DNA of 64,000 nucleotides from the NCBI RefSeq assembly GCF_009914755.1, contig NC_060936.1, one strand, 5' to 3'. The position numbers were made by a program, and so were the translations under genes. This stretch comes from the human T2T-CHM13v2.0 reference genome, Homo sapiens. The notes below the pieces were generated by a model. It made no database searches and was not told the DNA's origin. It saw only the letters and a list, made by a program, of their open reading frames with translations. Below are positions 15,444 through 27,755 of this stretch, piece by piece (positions within the stretch are counted from its first letter, which is position 1; each line of letters starts with the position of its first letter).

Positions 15444-17349
15444 TGTAGAATCTGCTTGGGGATATTTGGAGCTCTTTGAGGAATTTGTTGTAAACGGGAT
15501 ATCTTCACATACAAACGAGACGGAAGCATTCTCAGAAACTGCTTTGTGATGTGTGCAATAAACTCACAGAATCGAACCTTCCTTTCGAGAGAGCAGTTTA
15601 GAAAGAGTCTTTTTGTGGTACCAGCAGGTGGATATTTGGAGCGATTTGAAGCCAATGGTGGAAAAGGAAACATCTTCACATAAAAACTAGACAGAGGCAT
15701 TCTCAGGAACTTCTTTTAGAAGTGTGCATTCAACTAACAGAGTTGAATCTGTCTTCAGATAGAGCATTATTGAAACACTCTTTTTGTAGAAATTGCTTGT
15801 GGATTTTTGGAACTCTTTGAGGAATTCGTTGGAAACGGTTATCTTCACATAAAAACTAGAAAGAAGCATTCTGAGAAAGTTCTTTCTGATGTGTGTATTC
15901 AACCCACAGAGTTGAACATTTCTTTTGATAGAGCAGTTTCCAAACACACTTTTCGTACAATTTGCAAGTGTTCATTTGGAGCGCTTTGAGTCCTATGGTG
16001 GAAAGGAAAATATCTTCACATAAAAACTAGACAGAAGCATTCTCAGAAACACCTTTGCGATGTGTATGTTCAATTCAAAGAGTTGAACCTTTCTTTTGAT
16101 AGAGAAGATTTGAAACACTCCTTTTGTAGAATCTACTTGTGGATATATGAAACTCTTTGAGAAATTCGTTGAAAATGGGGTATCTTCAGAAAAAAACGAC
16201 ACAGAAGTATTGTCAGAAAGTTCTTTGTGATGTGTGCATTCAACTCACAGAGTTGAACCTTTCTTTTGATACAGCAGATATGAAATATTCTTTTTGTATA
16301 ATCTGCAAGTGTTCATTTTGAGCGCTTTGAGGCCTATGGTGGAAAAGGAAATATCTTCACATGAAAACTAGACAGAAGCATTCTCAGAAACTTTTTTTTG
16401 ATGTGTGCATGCAATTCACAGAGTTGAACCTTTCTTTTCATAGAGCAGTTTTGAAACACTGCTTTTGTAGAATCTACTTGTGGATATTTGGAGCTCTTTG
16501 CAGAATTCCTTGTAAAGGGGATATCTACACATACAAACTAGACAGAAGCATTCTCAGAAACTGCTTTGTGATGGTGCATTGAACTCACAGAGTTGAACCT
16601 TCCTTTAGAGAGAGCAGTTTTGAAACAGTCTTTTTGCAGTATCTGCAAGCAGATATTTGGAACGATTCGAGGCCTGTGGTGGAAAAGGAAATATCTTCAC
16701 ATAAAAACTAGACAGAAGCATTCTCAGAAACTGCTTTGTGATGTGTGCATTCACCTCACTGAGTGGAACCCTTCTTTTGATAGAGCAGTTTTGAAACAGT
16801 TTTTTGTAGAATTTGTATCTGTTCAATTTTGCGCTTTGAAACCTATGTTGGAAAAGGAAATATCTCCATGTAAAAACTAGACAGAAGCATTCTCAGGAAC
16901 TACTCTGAGATGTGTGCTTTCAACTAACAGAGTTGAAGCTGTCTTTTGATAGAGCAGTATTGAAACACTGCTTTTGTAGAATCTGCTTGTGGATAATTGA
17001 AACAGTTGGGGAATTCGTTGGAAACATGTATCTTCACATAAAATTAGACAGAAGCATTCTCAGAAAGTTCTTTTTGATGTGCGCATTCAACTCACAGAGT
17101 TGAAATTTTCTTTTGATAAACCAGTTTTGAAACACACTTTTTGTAGAATCTGCAAGTGTTCATTTGGAGTGCTTTGAATTGTATGGTGGAAAAAGAAATA
17201 TCTTCACATAAAAACTAGGCAGAAGCATTCTCAGAAACAACTTTGGGATCGGTGTGTTCAATACAGAGTTGAACCTTTCTTTAGATAGAGCAGTTTTGAA
17301 ACACTCCTTTTGTAGAATCTACTTGTGGATACATGAAACTCTTTGAGGA

Positions 17350-17366
17350 ATTCGTTGGAAACGGGC
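17350..17366 (+). other. CENP-B box, core intact
   Basis: ATTCGTTGGAAACGGGC. Further core-intact boxes lie at 18171, 19702, 20214, 20724 and 24127. Confidence 0.88.
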
Positions 17367-20300
17367 TATCTTCAGAAAAAAACTAGACAGAAGTATTCTC
17401 AGAAAGTTCTTTGTGATGTGTGCATTCAACTCACAGAGTTGAACCCTTCTGTTGATAAAGCAGTTTTGAAGCACTCCTTTTGTAGAATCTTCTTGTCGAT
17501 ATTTGAAGTCTTTAAGGAATTCGTTGTAAATGGGATATCTTCACATACAAAATAGAAGCATTCTCTGAAACTGCTTTGTGATGTGGGGAATCATCTGAGT
17601 TGAACCTTCCTTTTGAGACAGCAGTTTTGAAACAGTGTTTTTGTAGAATCTACAAGTGGACATTTGGAGGGACATGAGGTCTATGCTGGAAAAGGAAATA
17701 TCTTCACAAAAAATTTAGACAGAAGCATTCACAGAAACTGCTTTGTGATGTGTGCATTCAAGTCACAGAGTTGAACCCTTCCTTTGATAGAACGGATCTG
17801 CAAGTGGATATTTGGAGCGAATTGAGGCCTATGGTGGAAAAGGAAACACCTTCACATAAAATCCAGACAGAAGCATTCTCAGAAACTGCTTTCTGTTGTG
17901 TGCATTCAACCCACAGAGTTGAACCCTTCCTTTGATAGAGCAGTTTTGAAACAGTCTTTTTGTAGAATCTGCAAGTGTTCATTTGGAGCGCTTTGAAGCA
18001 TATGGTGGAAAAGGAAATATCTTCACATAAAAACTAGACAGAAGCATTCTCAGAAACTTTTTTGTGATGTGTGCATTCAACTCACAGAGTTGAACCTGTC
18101 TTTTGATAGAGCAGTTTTGAAACACTCCTTTTGTAGAAACTGCTTGTGGATATTTACAGCTCTTTGTAGAATTCGTTGTAAACGGGATATCTTCACATAC
18201 AAACTAGACAGAAGCATTCTCAGAAACTGCTGTGTGATGTGTGCATTCAACTCACAGAGTTGAACCTTTCTTTTGAGGGAGCAGTTTTGAAACAGTCTTT
18301 TTGTGGTACATGCAAGTGGATATTTGGAGCAATTTGAGGCCTATGGTGGAAAAGGAAATATGTTTACATAAAAACTAGTCAGAAGCATTCTCAGAAACTA
18401 TTTTGTGATGTGTGCATTCAACTCACAAAGTTGAGCCTTTCTTTTGATAGAGCAGTTTTGAAAAACTGTTTTTGTAGAATCTGCATGTGCATATTAGGAT
18501 CAATTTGAGGCCTATGTTGGAAAAGGATATATCTTCACATAAAAACTAGACAGAAGCAATCACAGGAAGTACTTTGTGATGTGTGCATCCAGCTAAACAG
18601 AGTTGAACGTTTCTTTTGACAGAGTAAGTTTGAAACAGTCTTTTTGTAAAATCTGCAAGTGTTCATTTGGAGAGCTTTGAGGCCTATGGTGGAAAAGGAA
18701 ATATCTTCACATAAAAATTAGACAGTGGCATTCTCAGGAACTTCTTTTAGAAGTGTGCATTTAACTAACAGAGTTGAATCTGTCTTTGGATAGAGCAATA
18801 TTGAAACACTCTTTTTGTAGAATCTGCTTGTTGATTTTTGGAACTCTTTGAGGAATTCGTTGGAAATGGATATCTTCACATAAAAACTAGACAGAAGCAT
18901 TCTCAGGAACTTTTTGTGATGTGTGCATTCAGCTAAACAGAGTTGAACCTTTCCTTTGACAGAACAGTTTTGAAACACTCTTTTTGTAAAATCTGCATGT
19001 GTTCATTTGGAGCGCTTTGAGGCCTATGGTAGAAAACGAAAATATCTTCACATAAAAATTAGACAGAAAGATTCTCAGAAACAACTTTGTGATGTGTGTG
19101 TTCAATTGACAGAGTTGAATCTTTCCTTTGATAGAGCAGTTTTGGAACACTCCTTTTGTAGAATCTGTGGATATATGCAACTCTTAGAGGAATTCTTTGG
19201 AAATGTTTTATCTTCAGAACAAAACTACACAGAAGTATTGTCAGAAAGTGCTTTGTGATGTGTGCATTCTACTCACAGAGTTGAAACTTTCTTTTGATAC
19301 AGCAGGTATGAAACATTCTTTCTGTATAATCTGCAAGTGTTCATTTTGAGAGCTTTGAGGCCTGTGGTGGAAAGGTAATACCTTCACATGAAAACTAGAC
19401 AGAAGCATTCTCAGAAACTCCTTTGTGATGTGTGCATTCAACTCACAGAGTTGAACATTTCTTTTGAAAGAGCAGTTTTGAAACACTCCTTTTTTAGAAT
19501 CTGCTTGTGGATATTTGGAGCTCTTTGAGGAATTCGTTGTAAATGGTATATCTACACTTACAAACTAGACAGAAGCATTCTCTGAAACCTTTTTGTGATG
19601 TGTGCATTCAGTTCACAGAGTTGAACCTTTCTTTTGATAGAGCAGTTTTGAAACACTGCTGTTGCAGTATCTGCTTGTGCATATTTGGAGCTCTTTGAGG
19701 AATTCGTAGTAAACGGGATATCTTCACATTCTAACTAGAGAGAAGCATCCTCAGAAACTGCCTTGTGATGTCTGCGTTCAATTCACAGAGTTAAATATTC
19801 CTTTTGTGAGAGCAGTTTTGAAACAGTCTTTTTCTAGGATCTGCAACTGGATATTTGGAGTGATTTGAGGTCTGTGGTGGAAAAGGAAATATCTTCACAC
19901 AAAAACTAGACTGAAGCATTCTCAGGAACTTCTTTGTGATGTCTGCTTTCAACTCGCAGAGTTGAACACTTCCTTTAATGGAGCAGTTTTGCAACAGTAT
20001 TTTTGTAGAATCTGCAAGTGTTCATTTGGAGCGCTTTGAAGCTGATGGTGAAAAAGGAAATATCTTCATGTAAAAACTAGACAGAAGCATTTTCAGAAAC
20101 TCCTTTGTGATGTGTGCATTCAACTCATAGAGTTGAACATTTCTTTTGATAGAGCAGTTTTGAAACACTCCTTATGTAGAATCTGCTTGTGGATATTTGG
20201 AACTCTTTGAAGAATTCGTTGTAAACGGGATATCTTCACATACAAACAAGACAGAAGCATTCTCAGAAACACCTTTGTGATGTGTGTGTTCAATTCACAG

Positions 20301-23300
20301 AGTTTAATCTTTCTTTTGATAGAGCAGTTCTGAAACACTCCTTTTGTAGAATCTGCTTGTGAAGATATGAAACTCTTTGAGGTAGTAATTGGAAACGGGC
20401 TATCCTCCCAAAAAAAGTTGACAGAAGTATTCTCGGAAAATTCTTTGTGATGTGTGCATTTGACTCACAGAGTTGAACCTGTCTTTTGATAGAGCAGATT
20501 TGAAATATTCCTTCCGTATAATCTGCAATTGTTCATTTTGAGCGCTTAGAGGACTATGGTGGAAGAGGAAATATCTTCACATAAAAACTAGGCAGAAGAA
20601 TTCTCAGAAACTATTTGTGATGTGTGCATTCAACTCACAGAGTTGAACCTTTCTTTTGATAGAAAAGTTTTGAACCACTCGTTTTGTGGAATCTGCTTGT
20701 GGATATTTGGAGCTGTTTCAGGAATTCGTTTTAAACGGGATATCTTCACATACAAATAGAAGCATTCTCAGAAACTTCTCTGTGAGTGGTGCAATCAACT
20801 CACAGATTTGAGCCTTACTTTTGAGAGAGCAGTTTTGAAACAGTGTTTTTGTAGTATCTGCAGGTGGACATTTGGAGCGATTTGAGGCCTATGTTGGAAA
20901 AGGATATATCTTCACATAAAAACTAGAAAGAAGCATTTGCAGAAACTGCTTTGTGATGTGTGCCTTCAGCTAACAGAGATGAACTTTTCTTTTGACACTT
21001 CAGTTTTGAAACTCTCTTTTTGCAATATCTGTAAGTGTTCATTTGGAGAGATTCAAAGCCTATGGTGGAAAAGGAAGTATCTTCACATAAAAACTAGACC
21101 GAAGCATTCTCAGAAACTCCTTTGTGATGTGTGTGCTCAATTCACAGAGTTGAACCCTTCTTTTGAAAAAGCAGTTTTGAAACACTCCTTTTATAAAATC
21201 TGCTTCTGGATATTTGGAGCTCTTTGAGGAATTCATTGTAAATGGGATATCTTCACATACAACCTAGACAGAAGCATTCTCAGAAACTGCTTAGTGATGT
21301 GTGCATTCAACTCACAGGGTTGGACATTCCTTTGGAGAGATCAGTTTTGAAACAGTATTTTTGTAGTATCTGCAAGAGGATATTTCAAGTGATTCGAGTC
21401 CTACTGTTGAAAAGGATGTATATTCACTTAAAAACTAGGCAGCAACATTCCCGGAAACTGCTTTGTGATGTGGACATTAAACTCACAGAGTTGAACCCTT
21501 CTTCTGATAGAGCAGTTTTGAAATAGTCTTTTTGCAGAATCTGCAAGGGTTCATTTGGAGCGCTTTGAAGACTATGGTGGAAAAGGAAATATCTTCACTT
21601 GAAAACTAGACAGAAGCATTCTCAGGAACGTCTTTCAGATGTGTGCATTCAACTAACAGAACTGAATCTGTCTTTTGATAGAGCAGTATTGAAACACTAA
21701 TTTTGTAGGATCTGCTTGTGGATATTTGGAACTCTTTGAAAAATTCGTTGGAAATGGCCATATTCACATAAAAGCTAGATAGAAGCATTATCAGAAAGTA
21801 CTTTGTGATGTGAGCATTCAACTCACAGAGTTGAATCTTTCTTTTGATAAAGCAGTTTTGAAACACACTTCTTGTAGAATCTGCAAGTGTTCATTTGGAG
21901 CCCTTTGAGGACTATGGTGGAAAAGGTAATACCTTCACATTAAAACTAGACAGAAGCATTCTCAGAAACTGCTTTGTGATGTGTGCATTCAACTCACATA
22001 GTTGAGCCTACCTTTAGAGAGAGCTGTTTTGAAACATTGTTTTTGTATATCTACAAGTGGATATTTGGAGCGATTTGAGGCCTATGTTGGAAAAGGAAAT
22101 ACCTTCACCTAACAACTAGACAGTAACATTCTCAAAAACTGCATTGTGATTGTGCATTCAACTCAGAGAGTTGAACCCTTCCTTTGATAGAGCAGTTTTG
22201 AAACACTCCTTTTGTACAATCTGCCTGTGGATATATGAAAGTCTTCGAGGTAGTCGTTGGAAACATTCTATCCTCCTAAAAAAAGTACACAGAAATATTC
22301 TCAGAAAATTCTTTGGGATGTGTGCATTCAACTCACAGAGTTGAACCTTTCTTTTGACAGAGCAGTTTTGAAACTTTCCTTCTTTATAATCTGCAAGTGT
22401 TCATTTTGAGCTCTTTGAGGTCTACGGTGGATAAGGTAATATCTACACATAAAAACAAGACAGAAACATTCTCAGAAACTTCTTTTTGATGTGTGCATTC
22501 AACTCACAGAGTTGAACTTTTCTTTTGATAGAGCAGTTTTGAAACACACTTTTGTAAAATCTGCAAGTGTTCATTTGGAGCGCTTGGAGGCCTATGGTGG
22601 AAAAGGAAATATCTTCACATACAAACTAGACAGAAGCATTTTCAGGAATGCCTTAGAGATGTGTGCATTCAACTAACACAGTTGAGCCTTTCTTTTGATA
22701 GAGCAGTTTTTAAACAGTCTTTTTGTAGAATCTGCAGGTGGATATTTTGTGCGATTTGAGGCCTATGTTGGAAAATGATATATGTTCACATAAAAACTAG
22801 ACAGAAGCATTCTCAGGAACTTCTTTGTGATGTGTGAATTCAGCTAACAGAGCTGAAACATTCTTTTGACAGAGCAGTTTTGAAAAACTCTTTTTGTAAA
22901 ATCTGCAAGTGTTCATTTGGAGTGCTTTGAGACCTATGGTGGAAAAGGAAATATCTTCACATAAAAACTAGACAGAAGCATGCTCAGAAACACCTTTGTG
23001 AAGTGTGTGTTTAACTCACAGTGTTGAAACTTCCTTTTCAGAGAGCAGTCTTGAAACAGTCTTTTTGTAGTATCTGCAAGTGGATATTTGGAACGATTTC
23101 AGGCCTATGATGGAAAAGGAAATATCTTCACCTAAAAACTAGACAGAAGCATTCTCAGAAACTGCTTTGTGATGTGTGCATTCACCTCACAGAGTGGAAC
23201 ACTTCTTTGGAAAGAGCAGTTTTCAAACAGCCTTTTTGTAGAGTCTGCAACTGTTTATTTGGAGTGCTTTGAAGCCTATGGTGGAAAAGGAAATATCTTC

Positions 23301-25114
23301 ACATAAAAACTAGACAGAAGCATTCTCAGGAACGTCTTTGAGATGTGTGAATTCACCAAACAGATTTGAATCTGTCTTTTGATAGAGCAGTAGTGAAACA
23401 CTCCTTTTGTAGTATCTGCTTGTGGATATTTGGAACTCTTGGATGAATTCGTTGGAAACTGGTATCTTCATATAAAAACTGACAGAAGCATTCTCAAAAA
23501 TTCCTTGCGATGTGCGCATTCAGTCCACAGAGTAGAACTTTTCTTTTGATAGAGCAGTTTTGAAACACACTTTTTGTAAAATCTGCTAGTGTTCATTTGG
23601 AGGGCTTTGAGGCCTATGGAGGAAAAGGAAATACCTTCACATAAAAACTAGACAGAAGCATTCTCAGAAACAACTCTGTGATGTGTGTGTTCAATTCACA
23701 GAGTTGAACCTTTCTTTTGATAGAGCAGTATGGAAACACTCCTTTTGTAAAATGTGCTTGTGGATATATGAATCTCTGTGAGAAATTCGTTGGAAATGGG
23801 CTATCTCCAGAAAAAAAGTAGACAGAAGTATTCTCAGAAAGTTCTTTGTGATGTGCTCATTCAACTCACAGAGTTGAACCCTTTCTTTGACAGAGCAGTT
23901 TTGAAAACAGTCTTTTTGTAGTATCTGCATGTGTTCATTTGGAGCTCTTTGAGGCCTATGGTGGAAAAGGAAATATCTTCACATAAAAACTAGACAGAAG
24001 CATTCTCAGAAACATTTTTGTGATGTGTTCATTCAACTCACAGAGTTGAACCTTTCCTTTGATAGAGCAGTTTTGAAACACTCCTTTTGTAGAATCTGTT
24101 TGTGGATATTTGGAACTCTTTGAGGAATTCGTTGTAAACGGGGTAACTTCACATACAAACAAGACAGAAATATTCTCAGAAACTGCTTTGTAATGTGTGC
24201 ATTCAACTCACAGAGTTGAACCTTCCTTTTGAGAGAGAAGTTTTGAAGCAGACTTTTTGTGGTAACTGCAAGTGGATATTTGGAGCGATTTGATGCCAAT
24301 GTTGGGAAAGGAAATTTCTTCATCTAAAAACTAGACAGAAGCATTCTGAGAAACTGCCTTGTGATGTGTGCATTCAACTCACAGAGTTGAGCCTTTCTCT
24401 TTATAGAGGAGTTTTGAAACAGTCACTTTGTAGAATCTGCTGGTGGATATTTGGTGCGATTTGAGGCCTATCCTGGAAAAGGATATATCTTCACATAAAA
24501 ACAAGATGGAAGCATTCTCAGGAACTTCTTGGTGATGTGTGCATTCAATTGACAGAGTTGAAACTTGCTTTTGATAGAGCAGTTTTGAAACACTGCTTTT
24601 GTAGAATCTGCTTGTGGATATACGGAACTGTTTGAGGAATTCGTTGTAAACGCAATATCTTCACATGCAAACTAGACGGAAGCATTCTCAGAAACTTCTT
24701 TGTGATGTGTACATTGAACGCACAGACTTGAACATTCCTTTTGAGAGAGCAGTTTCGAAACAGTGTTTTTATAGTATCTGCAAGAGGATATGTGGAACGT
24801 TTTGAGGCTTATGATGGAAAAGGAAATATCTTCACATAAATACTAGATAGAAGCATTCTCACCAACTGCTTTGTGGTGTACGCATTCATCTGACAGAGCG
24901 GAACACTTCTTTTGATAGAGCAGTTTTGAAACACACTTTTTGTAGAATCTGCAAGTGTTCAGTTAGAGCACTTTGAGGCCTATGGTGGAAAAGGAAATAT
25001 TTTCACATGAAAACTAGACAGAAGCATTCCGAGAAATTTTTTGTGGTGTGTGCATTCAATTCACAGAGTTGAATCTTTCTTTTGATAGAGCATTTTTGAA
25101 ACCCCGCTTTTGTA

Positions 25115-25150
25115 GAAGATATTTCCTTTTTCATCATAGGCCTCAAAACT
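25115..25150. other. Alpha satellite inversion (strand-switch) junction
   Basis: Forward ..GCTTTTGTAGAA joins reverse GAAGATATTTCCTTTT.. through a shared GAA (25115-25117). A second jump occurs at ~25146-25148. Confidence 0.95.
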
Positions 25151-27738
25151 TTCTGAGAACACTTCTGTCTAGTTTTTATCTGAAGATACCCGTTTCCAAA
25201 GAATTCCCCAAGGAGTTTCATACAGCCACAAGCAGATTCTACAAAAGGAGACTTTCAAAACTACTCTAACAAAAGAAAATTTCCACTCCGTGAATAGAAC
25301 ATATGCATCACAAATTTGTTTCTGAGAATGCTTCTGTCTAGGTTTTATGTGAAGATACTTCCTTTTCCACCATAGGCCTCTAAGCGCTCAAAATGAACAC
25401 TTGCAGATTATACAGAAAGAATGTTTCACATCTGCTCTTTCAAAAGAAACGTTCAAATCTGTGTGTTGAATGCACACATCACAAAGAACTTTCTGAGAAT
25501 ACTTCTGTCTACTTTTTTTGTGAAGATAGCTTGTTGCCAACAAATTCCTCAAAGAGTTTCATATATCCTCAAGCAGATTCTACAAAAGGAGTGCTTCAAA
25601 ACTGCTCTGTCAAAATAAAGTTTCAACTCTGTGAATTGAACACACACATCACAAAGTTGTTTCTGAGAATGCTTCTGTCTAGTTTTTATGTGAAGATATT
25701 TCCTTATCCACCATAGGCCTCCAAGGGCTCCAAATGAACAATTTCATATTCTACAAAAAGTGTGTTTCAAAACTGCTCTCTCAAAAGAAAGGTTCAACTT
25801 TGTGAGTTGATGCACACGTCACTAAGAACTTTCTGAGAATGCTTCTGTCTATATTTATGTGAAGATTCCTGTTTCCAATGAATTCCCCAAGAGTTCCAAA
25901 CATCCACAAGTAGATTCCACAAAAGGAGTGTTTCAATACTGCTCTATCAAACGACAGGTCCAACTCTGTTAGTTGAATGCACACATCACAAAAAAGTTTC
26001 TGAGAATGCTTCTGTCTAGTTTTTATGTGAAGATATTTCCTTTTCCACGATAGGTTTCAAAGCGCTGCAAGTGAACACTTGCAGATACTACAAAAAGACT
26101 TTTTCAAAACTGCTCTATCAAAAGAAGGGTTCCACTCTGTGAGTTGAATGCACACATCACAAAGCACTTTCTCAGAATGCTTCTGTCTAGTGTCTAGGTG
26201 TAGATATCCCGTTTACAATGAAATTATCAAAATGCTAAAAATATCCAAAAGCCGATTCTACAAAAGCACTGTTTTAAAACTGCCCTATGAAAAGAAATGT
26301 TCAACTATGTGAATTGAATGCACACATCACAAAGCAGTTTCTGAGAATGCCACAGTCTAGTTTTCATGTGAAGATATTTCCTTTTCCACCATAGGCCTCA
26401 AACAGCACAAAATGAACACCTGCAGATTATACACAAAGAGTTTTTCAAATCTTCTCTATCAAAAGAAAGGTTCAACCCTGTGAGTTGAATGCACACATCA
26501 CAAAGAACTTTCTGAGAATACTTCTGTCTAGTTTTTTTCTGAAGATACCTGTTTCCAATGAATTCCCCAAGAGTTCCAAACATCCACAAGCAGGTCCAAC
26601 AAAAGGAGTGTTTCAATACTGCTCTATCAAAAGACAGGTTCAACTCTGTTAGTTGAATGCACACATCTCAAAGAAGATCCTGGGAATGCTTCTGTCTAGT
26701 TTTTATGTGAAGATATTTCCTTTTCCACAATAGGATTCAAAGCGCTCCAATTCAACACTTGCAGATACTACAAAAAGACTGTTTCAAAACTGCTCTAACA
26801 AAAGAAGGGTTCCACTCTTTTAGGTGAATGCACACATCACAAAGCAGTTTCTGAGAATGCTTTTGTCTAGTTTTTATGTGAAGATATTTCCTTTTGCATT
26901 ATAGGCCTCTAATCGCTTCAAATAACCACTTGCAGATACTACAAAAGGACTGTTTCAAAACTGCTCTCTCAAAAGGAAGGTTCAGCTCTGTGAGTTGAAT
27001 GCACATATCACAAAGCAGTTTCTGAGAATGCTTCTGTCTAGTTTGTATGTGAAGGTATCCGGTTTACAACGAATTCGTCAAAGAGATGCAAATATCCACA
27101 AGCAGATTATACAAAAGGAGTGTTTCAAAACTGCTCTATCAAAAGAGAGGTTCAACTCTGTGAGTTGAATGCACACATCACAAAAATTTTCTGAGAATGC
27201 TTCTGTCTAGTTTTAATGTGAAGTATTTCCTTTTCCACCTTAGGCCTCAAAGCGCTCAAAATGAACACTTGCAGATTATACAGAAAGTAATTTTCAAATC
27301 TGCTCTATCAAAAGAAAGGTTCAACTCTGTGAGTTGAATGCACACATCAAAAAGAACTTTCTGAGGATACTTCTGTCTACATTTTTTATGAAGATAGCTC
27401 TTTACCACCGAATTTCTCAAAGGGTTTCATATATCCAGAAGCAGATTCTACAAAAGGAGTGTTTCAAAATTGCTCTGTCAAAAGAAAGGTTCCACTCTGT
27501 GAATTGAACACACAGATCATGAAGTTGTTTCTGAAAATGCTTCTGTCTAAGTTTTATGTGAAGGTACTTCCTTTTCCACCATAGGCTTCAAAGTGCTCCA
27601 AATGTGAACACTTACAGATTCTACAAAAAGTGTGTTTCAAAACTTTTCTATCAAAAGGAAGGTTCAACTCACTGAGTTGAATGCACACATCACAAAGCAG
27701 TTTCTGAGAATGCTTCTGTCTCGTTTTTATGTGAAGAT

Positions 27739-27755
27739 ACCCGTTTCCAACGAAT
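27739..27755 (-). other. CENP-B box, core intact (reverse arm)
   Basis: ACCCGTTTCCAACGAAT on +. Others lie at 28759, 29437, 33179, 36225 and 62192 (list not exhaustive). Confidence 0.88.

Larger units (their letters stand above)
15431..25117 (+). repeat. Alpha satellite array, forward orientation (between L1 and the inversion)
   Basis: Same monomer motifs and orientation as 1-9390. The monomer interrupted by L1 resumes in phase at 15431. Confidence 0.99.

Noticed and set aside
25003-25269. Chimeric ORFs crossing the inversion junction, and 15404-15700 crossing the L1 5' end
   Set aside because: They are by-products of the junctions and have no promoter, splice or homology support.
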